A stretch of 64,000 nt of DNA. Origin: Gemmatimonadota bacterium. GTDB taxonomy: Bacteria > Gemmatimonadota > Gemmatimonadetes > Palauibacterales > Palauibacteraceae. This document shows positions 1-7,888 of the stretch, one piece after another; within the stretch, counting starts at the first letter, position 1; every line of letters starts with the position of its first letter. Below the pieces are notes generated by a model. It worked only from the letters and a program-made list of their open reading frames with translations, did no database searches and was not told where the DNA came from. A program made the position numbers and the translations under genes. Where the stretch lies: the NCBI GenBank assembly GCA_046758745.1, contig JBHIAV010000009.1, positions 1 to 64,000 on the forward strand, written 5' to 3'.

Positions 1-95
1 ACCATGAGCACACTACCACCCTCGTCAGTCGCCATTACGGGGACAGGCTCCTAGAACAACAGCTCTCGGAGCACGGGGATGTGTTTGGTGCGTGA
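1..95 (+). CDS. possible 3' end of an upstream gene (partial, unknown product)
   Basis: Frame 3 is open from the window edge to TGA at 93-95 (...HYGDRLLEQQLSEHGDVFGA*) and is co-oriented with the next gene. Confidence 0.3.
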   Translation, partial: HEHTTTLVSRHYGDRLLEQQLSEHGDVFGA

Positions 96-237
96 AGCGA
101 TGTAACAGCGTCCGGTTTTCCGTGGACCTGACCATCAACGTTCCGTGCCTCCTGACGGGTCGTCGGGCGTGGGCCGCTTCATGGTCGGGTGTCCCCCGGT
201 TCCCCGACTCGGGGGCCTTTCAGGAGAGGAAGTGGGG

Positions 238-1446
238 ATGATCGAGGATGACCGCGTTTATGGCACCCGCGCCAATGAGATCCATCCCTTCTTCAGGGCG
301 AAACGCGCCTGGTCCAGCGTCAAGGACAAGATCCTGAAGGACTACATAACGTGCTATCTGAGGACGATTCACCGTCGTGGGCGCCCGATCATCCTCGTCG
401 ATGCGTTCGCCGGCCCCGGCCGTTTCGGCGATGGATCGGAAGGCTCACCCTTGATCATCTGCAGCGCGATTGACAAGGCCCCCAAGCGTGGCGTTGGGAT
501 CGCCTGCCTCTTCTCTGATTCACACCCTGCGCACCGCGATGCGCTTGGAGCCTGTCTAGCGAAGCATATCGAGAGTGGTGTTGCGGAAAGACCGCTGGCC
601 GATTTCTCGGAGGCCCTCTCACGGGCGTTGGAGGTAGGACAGGGCGCCACCTTGTTCTTCTACTTGGACCCATACGGGATCAAGGACCTCGCGTTCGAGA
701 CGGTGAAACAGATCTACGAGAGAGACGCGAGTCAGAGCACTGAGGTCCTGATCAACTTCAACTTCAAGACCTTCATGCGAATGAGCGGCAATTGGTCCTA
801 CAGCGATTCGGCCTCGGAGGTTGCCCAGAAAGTGAAGGAAGCGGAGGTCGAAACCGTGAACGCCGTCATGGGTGGGGACTACTGGCTGGACATCGTGACG
901 GACCCGAAGCTGGACAAGATTCAGCGAGAGGATCTCGTCGTCGGCAAATATATGGAACGTGTGCGCGAGTTCTTTGACTACACGTACTCCGTGCCCGTCA
1001 AGGAGCTCGATGATCACGGGGGCTCCGTCCCGGTAGACGATCTGGCCAAGTACCATCTCATTTTCGGAACGCGGAGTGCCCGGGCCGTTGTCTACATGAA
1101 TGACGTCGCCATCAATGCCTTGGAGCCGTACTTCCGGCAGTTCAAGGACGGACTGCTCTTCGACCTGACACCTGGGCGGTACGAACCGTGTCCCGTCGAT
1201 GAAGTGAAGGGAGCGATCATCACCGCGGTCGACCCGCGTCCGCTGACGCGTCGACAGATTTACGAGGCTGTCATCCCCAGGTTCTTCATGCAGCGACGGC
1301 AGCGCGACTACCGTGCAGTAATCGACGACCTGACGTTCAAGGAGACACGACTGTTCCCGGACCGTGGCACAATGAAGCGGAAGAGGCAACTCAACGATGA
1401 TACGCTGCTTTCAACGAGGCCATGGCCTGGAGGTGAAAGCGAATGA
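238..1446 (+). CDS. tcmP: three-Cys-motif partner protein TcmP (Rossmann methyltransferase-like, C-terminal wHTH-like region)
   Basis: Motifs WSSVKDKILKDY, LVDAFAGPG, FFYLDPYG, TEVLINF and YHLIFGTR; ATG at 238 follows AGGAGAGG; ATGA overlap with the DUF5131 gene, its known partner. Confidence 0.8.
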   Translation: MIEDDRVYGTRANEIHPFFRAKRAWSSVKDKILKDYITCYLRTIHRRGRPIILVDAFAGPGRFGDGSEGSPLIICSAIDKAPKRGVGIACLFSDSHPAHRDALGACLAKHIESGVAERPLADFSEALSRALEVGQGATLFFYLDPYGIKDLAFETVKQIYERDASQSTEVLINFNFKTFMRMSGNWSYSDSASEVAQKVKEAEVETVNAVMGGDYWLDIVTDPKLDKIQREDLVVGKYMERVREFFDYTYSVPVKELDDHGGSVPVDDLAKYHLIFGTRSARAVVYMNDVAINALEPYFRQFKDGLLFDLTPGRYEPCPVDEVKGAIITAVDPRPLTRRQIYEAVIPRFFMQRRQRDYRAVIDDLTFKETRLFPDRGTMKRKRQLNDDTLLSTRPWPGGESE

Positions 1447-2168
1447 GCGTCAAGTCGACAATTGAGTGGACGGATTCGACCTGGAACCCGGTGACAGGTT
1501 GTACGAAAGTCAGCCCCGGCTGTAAGCATTGTTACGCGGAGACCTTCGCGGAACGCTGGCGGAATACTCCTGGGCATCACTTCGAGCAGGGATTCGATCT
1601 CCGGCTCTGGCCAGAGCGCCTCGACCTTCCACTGACCTGGAAGAAGTCGCGGACGATCTTCGTGAACAGCATGAGCGACCTCTTTCACGAGAAAGTACCT
1701 CTGGCGTTCATCCAGAGAGTCTTCCAGACGATGGAGAAGGCGTATTGGCATACGTTTCAGATCCTCACGAAGCGCTCGGAGATACTGGCCGAACTCGCTC
1801 CGGAGCTGTGTTGGCCTCCCAACGTGTGGATGGGCGTGTCGATTGAGACGGCCAAGTACCTGTGGCGGGCAGATCACCTTCGGGACGTACTGGCCGCCGT
1901 GCGGTTCCTGTCGCTGGAACCCCTGCTGGGACCGTTGGGCACGATCGACCTTACGGGTATCCACTGGGTTATCGTTGGTGGGGAAAGTGGGCCTGGTGCT
2001 AGACCCATTGAAGCGAAGTGGGTCAGGGAGATCCGCAAGCAGTGTCGCGCGCAACGTGTTCCCTTCTTCTTCAAGCAGTGGGGCGGCGTGCAGAAGAAGA
2101 AGAATGGCCGCGTTCTCGACGGGCGGACCTGGGACGAGTTGCCCAAAGGTCATCTCCTGGAAGTATGA
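1443..2168 (+). CDS. DUF5131 / phage Gp37-Gp68 family protein (radical-SAM-like, CX6CX2C)
   Basis: IEWTDSTWNPVTGCTKVSPGCKHCYA, FVNSMSDLFH, FQILTKR, WVIVGGESG and FFFKQWGG are the family signature. Confidence 0.92.
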   Translation: MSVKSTIEWTDSTWNPVTGCTKVSPGCKHCYAETFAERWRNTPGHHFEQGFDLRLWPERLDLPLTWKKSRTIFVNSMSDLFHEKVPLAFIQRVFQTMEKAYWHTFQILTKRSEILAELAPELCWPPNVWMGVSIETAKYLWRADHLRDVLAAVRFLSLEPLLGPLGTIDLTGIHWVIVGGESGPGARPIEAKWVREIRKQCRAQRVPFFFKQWGGVQKKKNGRVLDGRTWDELPKGHLLEV

Positions 2169-2264
2169 CGCCCGTGAGGTGGCCTTATCGGGCCTTGGTT
2201 GATCAGCTCCCCGAACCGGGCCGCGGCCGGGGAAGGGCAGCCGCTAAAGGGGGAGAGGGTGGCG

Positions 2265-2726
2265 TCAGCTTCCGCGCCGGATGACCCTATCGATCTCCCG
2301 CAGGATCGCCGTCTCGCTGCGCTTCTTCGCCACCATCTGCCGGAGCCGCTTCTCGGTGAAGTGGCCGCGGACCCGGGCGTTGGCTGAATGCTCCCGCAGC
2401 GCGGCCAGGACGCCCTCGGGCAGGTCGAGCACCTTGAGCACCCTGGCGATCCGCGAGTGGTCGTCACCGGTGACCCTGGCGAGGGCCCGGATGCTGCGGT
2501 GGCCGTTTTCCGCCATCATGCGGCGGTAGCGCTCGGCGCGCTCCCAGGGGGGCTCGCCGTTCATCAGGTTCTGGTAGGCCCGCCACTCGCGGGCTTGCAT
2601 CGGCCGGCCGGCGCCCGCGCCCTGGGGCGCCTCGCCGCTGATCAGGGCCCGGCGGCGGTTCCGGTAGACCGCGAAGTAGTTGTCGATTAAGATCATAGCC
2701 GGGGGACGGTCCGGGGCCTCCTCCAT
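2265..2726 (-). CDS. small HTH protein of the kind found next to site-specific recombinases in integrated elements
   Basis: RAERYRRMMAENGHRSIRALARVTGDDHSRIARVLKVLDLPEGVLAAL has an HTH/ParB-like pattern; start uncertain (2726 or 2696). Confidence 0.55.
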   Translation of the reverse strand: MEEAPDRPPAMILIDNYFAVYRNRRRALISGEAPQGAGAGRPMQAREWRAYQNLMNGEPPWERAERYRRMMAENGHRSIRALARVTGDDHSRIARVLKVLDLPEGVLAALREHSANARVRGHFTEKRLRQMVAKKRSETAILREIDRVIRRGS

Positions 2727-2778
2727 TTCGGGGTTCCACGCCAGGGCGGTGTGGTGGTGGAGGCCGAGTCTGGTAAGG

Positions 2779-2853
2779 GGTGAGCGACGGGATTCGAACC
2801 CGCGACCTCCAGGGCCACAACCTGGCGCTCTAACCGACTGAGCTACGCCCACC
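2779..2853 (-). tRNA. tRNA-His (GUG)
   Basis: Minus strand reads G-GTGGGCG TA GCTCAGTCGGTTAGAGC G CCAGG TTGTGGC CCTGG AGGTC GCGGGTTCGAATCCCGT CGCTCAC-C: cloverleaf with G-1 and discriminator C; followed by CCT, so CCA is not encoded. Confidence 0.96.
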
Positions 2854-2876
2854 GCGTATCGAACGCTACCCGAGAC

Positions 2877-2904
2877 AATGTAGGTGTGCGATCGAGAGCG
2901 GCAA
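2877..2904 (-). promoter_or_regulatory. putative sigma70-type promoter of tRNA-His
   Basis: TTGCCG-N16-TACATT on the minus strand, about 25 nt upstream of the tRNA. Confidence 0.45.
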
Positions 2905-3023
2905 GAAGCCCCGGCGTCATCGGGTACCGCGCGGCTCCTCCGCCGCGTAGCTTCGGCCCCGCTTGACGCTCCATCGAGCGGGTTCACGGAATCGCGGATC
3001 GGTCCCCGCGCAATGCCACGACT

Positions 3024-4127
3024 ATGGCGCAGCTCTCCCTAGGCATTGTCGGCCTGCCGAATGTCGGCAAGTCGACCCTCTTCCAGGCGCTCACGGCCGT
3101 ATCCGTTCCGGCGGAGAGCTATCCGTTCTGTACGATCGACCCGAACGTCGGTGTGGTGGAAGTCCCGGACGAGCGGTTGCAGCGGTTGGGCGAGATGACG
3201 AGCCGGGAGCGAATCGTCCCCACGGTGGTCGAGTTCGTGGATATCGCCGGACTGGTGCGAGGTGCTTCACGGGGCGAGGGCCTCGGTAACAAGTTCCTCC
3301 ACCATGTCCGGGAGGCCGACGCAGTGGCCCACGTGATACGCTTCTTCGAGGACCCCGCGGTGGCCCGGGTGGACGAGAACGCCGATCCGGACCAAGATCG
3401 GGAGACGGTCGAGACGGAGCTCGCCCTGGCGGACCTGGAGAGCGTGACGCGGAGTCTTGAGCGGGCCGAAAGGCGGGCTCGGAGCGGCGACCGGGAGGCA
3501 GCGTTCGAGACGCGGGTGCTCCGCCGGATCGAAGCCCGCCTGGCACGGGGAGAGCCGGCCCGGCGCGAACCGCTCGACGGGGAGGAGCGACAGGCGATCC
3601 GTTCCCTCAACCTTCTGACCCTCAAACCGACGCTGTACGTGGCGAATGTGGACGAGACGAGTCTCGGGCGCGAGCCTCCGACTGTCACTCGCTTCCGGGA
3701 GGCGGCCCGCCGGGCGGATCCGGGGGCGGAGGTGGTGACCGTCGCGGCGCGGCTGGAGTCGGAGCTCGCACAGCTCGATCCGGCCGAGCGCGGCGAGTAC
3801 CTCGAGGCCCTCGGGCTCGAGGCGAGCGGGCTGGAGAGGTTGATCCGAGCTGGCTACCGGCTACTCGGTCTTCTAACCTTTTTCACTATCGGCGAGGAGG
3901 AGGTGCGTGCGTGGACGGTGCGGGAGGGTGCCCGCGCGCCCGAGGCAGCTGGGCGCGTCCACACGGACTTCGAGCACGGCTTCATCCGGGCGGAGACGAT
4001 TCAATACGATGAGTTCGTCGAGTTCGGATCTCTAAAGGCAGCGCGAGAGGCTGGCAGGATCCGGCTCGAGGGGCGCGACTACGTGGTGCGAGACGGAGAT
4101 ATCCTTACATTTCGCTCGGCGACGTGA
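3024..4127 (+). CDS. ychF: redox-regulated Obg-family ATPase YchF
   Basis: GIVGLPNVGKST, YPFCTIDPN, DIAGLVRGASRGEGLGNKFL and C-terminal TGS domain (EGRDYVVRDGD). Confidence 0.96.
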   Translation: MAQLSLGIVGLPNVGKSTLFQALTAVSVPAESYPFCTIDPNVGVVEVPDERLQRLGEMTSRERIVPTVVEFVDIAGLVRGASRGEGLGNKFLHHVREADAVAHVIRFFEDPAVARVDENADPDQDRETVETELALADLESVTRSLERAERRARSGDREAAFETRVLRRIEARLARGEPARREPLDGEERQAIRSLNLLTLKPTLYVANVDETSLGREPPTVTRFREAARRADPGAEVVTVAARLESELAQLDPAERGEYLEALGLEASGLERLIRAGYRLLGLLTFFTIGEEEVRAWTVREGARAPEAAGRVHTDFEHGFIRAETIQYDEFVEFGSLKAAREAGRIRLEGRDYVVRDGDILTFRSAT

Positions 4128-4259
4128 GCTGCCGGCGGGGCGCTCCCGACACGGGCGAAACCCGCCGCCGTCTCGAAGCGTATTAGCCGGCGTGACCGGA
4201 TAGAGCCGGTCTGAGGGATCGGCGTTCGCCAGAGATTCAGTTTCGAGGTATCGGGAGCG

Positions 4260-4760
4260 ATGCAGGACGAGCGTGGGATGTACCGCGACGGCCTCGGGTA
4301 CGCGTTGTGGTGCCTGTTCTTCGTGGGGCTGGCGGGTATCCACCGGATCTATCTCGGGAAATACGGCACGGGCATCCTGTGGCTCTTCACCATGGGCCTG
4401 TTCGGCGTAGGGCAGGTCGTGGACCTTTTCCGGATGAAGCAGCTCGTAAGGGAGGCGAACATCCGCGAGGGCTACCTTCCGCACCCCCGGTACGCCCGGT
4501 TGCTTGTCGACCGCGAGGGCGACGCGGCCCCGGTGCCGGCCGCGCCGAAGCCTCCGCCCCCCACTCCGATGCAGCGACTGCTGGATGCCGCAATGGCGAA
4601 CAACGGGGAGATATCCGTCACCCAGGGGGTCGCTGCGACGGGGATGAGCTTCGAGGACGTGGAGCGAACGCTCAGGGAGATGGTGGAGCGCGGTTACGTC
4701 GACGTCGGCAACGCTCCCGACACGGGAGTGGTCGTGTATCGCTTCGTCGAGCTCACCTGA
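4260..4760 (+). CDS. TM2 domain membrane protein with C-terminal winged-helix-like domain
   Basis: GLAGIHRIYLGKYGTGILWLFTMGLFGVGQVVD is the TM2 signature. Confidence 0.85.
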   Translation: MQDERGMYRDGLGYALWCLFFVGLAGIHRIYLGKYGTGILWLFTMGLFGVGQVVDLFRMKQLVREANIREGYLPHPRYARLLVDREGDAAPVPAAPKPPPPTPMQRLLDAAMANNGEISVTQGVAATGMSFEDVERTLREMVERGYVDVGNAPDTGVVVYRFVELT

Positions 4761-4873
4761 GAGCAGTGCCCGAGGGACTGGACCGGAGCGGGTTTCTCAG
4801 CTCTGACGCCTCCCCCCGCAGCTTCCGGCTTCCCTCCGTCTCTCGCGTCTACTAGTGGCGGCGCCGTGCCGCT

Positions 4874-5308
4874 CTACCGAACCCCGCCCTGGATGTAGCT
4901 TCGGAGGTACCGGTTCTCGACCTCGGTCTCCTTGCGAAGGGCGTTCACCACGTCCCCGATGGAGAGAATGCCCTTCAGTGTTTTCCCGTCCACGATCGGC
5001 AGGTGGCGGATCCGATTCTCCGTCATGATTCCCATCACCCGATCGATGTCGTCGTCCGCAACGCCGACGAGGAGATCGACCGTCATGGCTTCCCCGACCA
5101 GCGTCGTGGCGAGCTTCTCCGGCTTCACCGCGCCGAGACGAAGCACGTCCCGCTCGGTGAGGATGCCTCGGATCTCCGCTCCCTCGACGACCACCACGGC
5201 GCCGATGTTGTGCTCGACCAAGACGCGCATCGCCTCGAGAACAGTCAGCCCGGGCGAGACGGTGACGACTTCACGACCCTTGCGTTCCAGAATGTCTCGG
5301 GTCCTCAT
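4874..5308 (-). CDS. CBS domain-containing protein
   Basis: Tandem CBS pair: HNIGAVVV...GILTERD and RIRHLPIVD...GILSIGDVV. Confidence 0.92.
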   Translation of the reverse strand: MRTRDILERKGREVVTVSPGLTVLEAMRVLVEHNIGAVVVVEGAEIRGILTERDVLRLGAVKPEKLATTLVGEAMTVDLLVGVADDDIDRVMGIMTENRIRHLPIVDGKTLKGILSIGDVVNALRKETEVENRYLRSYIQGGVR

Positions 5309-5507
5309 GACACCCTCCCGTCGGCAGTGAGAGGAAGGCTGGGCGAGGCAGATCGGAGCGACGCCGTTGCCGCATCCGAAACCCTAATATGCGGCGGCGG
5401 AAATGGCAGGGCCAGCGGGCGGTCGAGCGGCCGTTGACCGCCCGCCCGTCTCGGGGCAGCTTCTCGCCTTCGAGGACGGGACAGGTCCGCCGCCGAGGGA
5501 GGACGAC

Positions 5508-6329
5508 GTGACGATTCTGGGGAGTCAGCTTCCGCCGAAGACCCTGGAGGGCTGGTACGTGCTCCATCAGCTGTTTCGCCTGGCGTGGCCGGAGCTCAAG
5601 AGGGCCTCGGGCGCGGAACGGAGCCGCATCGCAGAGGAGTTCGCGGCGCTCTTCGAGGGGTGGGCCGACCTCGGGGACGCAGGCTGGAGCGGACTGTACC
5701 GGGTGGTGGGAGGGAGCGCGGATGCCTTGGCGGTGCACTTCCGTCCCGATCTGGAGGGGTTGGGTGAGGCGGAGCGGGCGGTGAGTCGAAGCGGGCTCGG
5801 CGACTACCTCAGCCTCGCCTATGACTATGTCTCCGTCGTGGAGCTCGGACTGTATCACCTGACCGCCGAGCTGGCCGACCGGCAGGCCGACGGGGTGACC
5901 GAGGAAGAGTGGCGACGCATGCTCGACGAAGCGGCCGAGGCACAGAGGAGCACTGGCTTCGTGAAGAGACGCCTCTACCCGCGCCAGCCGGAGGACATGC
6001 CGTACGTGTGCTTCTATCCGATGAACAAGCGGCGGAACCCCTCACAGAACTGGTATCGGCTTTCGCTCGAGGATCGGAGCGCCTTGATGCACGACCACGG
6101 AAAGGTCGGGCGTCGGTACGCCGGACGGATCTCGCAGATCATCTCCGGCTCGGTGGGGCTGGACGACTGGGAGTGGGGGGTGACGCTGTTCGGCGCAGAC
6201 CCGCTGGCCTTCAAGGACGTGGTGACGGAGATGCGATACGACGAGGCCAGCGCCGTGTACGCCGAGTTCGGCCGCTTCTACGTCGGGAAGCGGGTACGAC
6301 CGGAGGAGATCCGCCGCCTCGAGATCTGA
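5508..6329 (+). CDS. chdC: coproheme decarboxylase / chlorite dismutase-family heme protein (ChdC/HemQ)
   Basis: TLEGWYVLHQ, YVSVVELGLY, CFYPMNKRR, LMHDHG, GLDDWEWGVTLF and EMRYDEASAVYAEFG; GTG at 5508 follows GAGGGAGG. Confidence 0.8.
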   Translation: MTILGSQLPPKTLEGWYVLHQLFRLAWPELKRASGAERSRIAEEFAALFEGWADLGDAGWSGLYRVVGGSADALAVHFRPDLEGLGEAERAVSRSGLGDYLSLAYDYVSVVELGLYHLTAELADRQADGVTEEEWRRMLDEAAEAQRSTGFVKRRLYPRQPEDMPYVCFYPMNKRRNPSQNWYRLSLEDRSALMHDHGKVGRRYAGRISQIISGSVGLDDWEWGVTLFGADPLAFKDVVTEMRYDEASAVYAEFGRFYVGKRVRPEEIRRLEI

Positions 6330-6448
6330 CCCGAACGCCCTACGGCTCTCGAACCAGCTGCCCGGCTTCCGCGTCACTCCCCCGAAGCCGCGCGAGACGC
6401 GCACAGCAGCCTGCACGACCTCCGGCGCGCGTCACCCCGCGGGGTGCC

Positions 6449-6802
6449 TCACGGGGCAGTCCAGGCCGGGTTTCCGAACTCGTTCAGCATCCGGATGAAG
6501 GGTGAGCCATCGGAGTTTACGCCGAGAATGAGCCGGATCCGGCCATCGGCGTCGTGCAGGCTGAGCGCGACCGCGCTGTCGCGCGCCATCGTCAAGGCAG
6601 CGCGGATCTCGCCGGATCCGTCCACGAGGAGGTACCGCCCCCGCCTCTCGCCTTCGCTGTCCGACGGAGATGCACGCCCTCCCATCCACCCGGCGAGAAG
6701 GGCGCCCGCCACGAGGAGAACGATAAGGAGATGTCGGGCCCGGCCCCGATGTTCGAGGGCCTCGATCCGTCGCGAGGGCTCGTTCGAGCGCTCTTCCGTC
6801 AT
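6449..6802 (-). CDS. hypothetical membrane-anchored protein
   Basis: ATG at 6802 follows AGGAGAGGAG; one TM helix (LLIVLLVAGALLAG), then repeated LxDxxGxIR-type units. Confidence 0.65.
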   Translation of the reverse strand: MTEERSNEPSRRIEALEHRGRARHLLIVLLVAGALLAGWMGGRASPSDSEGERRGRYLLVDGSGEIRAALTMARDSAVALSLHDADGRIRLILGVNSDGSPFIRMLNEFGNPAWTAP

Positions 6803-7018
6803 GCTCCTCTCCTTGTCCGAGGGATGGCACTGTCTTCCGTTGCGGCTCGGCTCGCTGACCGCGATTCGACCGGGGCAACCTGCGGTCCCCGGGGGTCGGT
6901 CGCCAAGGGGATCGGGAGTTCGGAGAGAACACACCGTTCGGGACCGAAGCGGGACGCCGGATTCCGGCCGACGTGCCGCACGCCTCTCCGAGGCGGGCGG
7001 GGGGCGACGATGCCGGGG

Positions 7019-7888
7019 CTATCGGAAGGGCTCCTCTGATCCCTCCTCGTCCAGGGCACCGAGCTTGATGCGGTGCTTCTCCTCCGCGCTCAGGCCCGAG
7101 CGGAAGCCGTACAGCGCGTCCCGCCAGGAGCCGTAGAGCGGGTTCGGGAGCATGAACCACGTCCGCCCCCACCTCTCCTCGTGCCGCCGCATGAGGGCCA
7201 GCCGCTCCTCTCGCGAGGTCCGAGCGGGCACGAAATCGTTCAGGTCGTCCCCGATGAGCAGGAGTACCCGAAAGCGCTCGGCGACGAAGGCGCGGCGGGA
7301 GGTCTTGTCCCACCCCCACGCCGGCCGCTCCCCCAGCAGGAGGATCGTGTCCACTTCCGGGTCGAGGGGAAGGCCGAGCCGCGCGAAGTTCCGCCGGTAG
7401 CTCGCCTCCAGCTCGGCCTGAGTGTTGCTGATGAAGAACGCCGTGACCCCCCTCGCGACGGCGGCCCGAAGGAATGGGACAGCCCCCGGCACGGCTCTCG
7501 CGCGCGCCTCCTCGACCCACTCGGCCCAACTCGCCGGGTCGAACTCCGTTCCCGCCCGGACCATGCGGGCGTCGAAGACGGAGTGGTCCAGCACCGTTTC
7601 GTCGACATCCAGGATGATAGCGGGCGGGAGCCGCTCATAACCTGGTCGCTGCTCCAGCGCCGCGGTCCACGAGGAGTCGGCCAGGGCTTCGGCCAGAGCG
7701 TCGGCGGCGCTCCGGTACGCCTGTTCCGCCACCGCCCGGTACTCCACCGCCGTCTGCATCCACAGAGTGGCGTGAAGCCCGTCGGAGCCTCCGGCCGACG
7801 CGCACGCCCCCAGCACGAGGCACGAGGCTGTGCTTCCGATTCTCCTGGCCAGCCTTCCCCGCACTCCCATCCGGCAGATCTCCGTCAA
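7019..7888 (-). CDS. HAD class C acid phosphatase / e(P4)-type 5'-nucleotidase lipoprotein
   Basis: Lipobox LGAC, DVDETVLD, FISN, LLIGDDLNDF and LPNPLYGSW. Confidence 0.88.
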   Translation of the reverse strand: MTEICRMGVRGRLARRIGSTASCLVLGACASAGGSDGLHATLWMQTAVEYRAVAEQAYRSAADALAEALADSSWTAALEQRPGYERLPPAIILDVDETVLDHSVFDARMVRAGTEFDPASWAEWVEEARARAVPGAVPFLRAAVARGVTAFFISNTQAELEASYRRNFARLGLPLDPEVDTILLLGERPAWGWDKTSRRAFVAERFRVLLLIGDDLNDFVPARTSREERLALMRRHEERWGRTWFMLPNPLYGSWRDALYGFRSGLSAEEKHRIKLGALDEEGSEEPFR

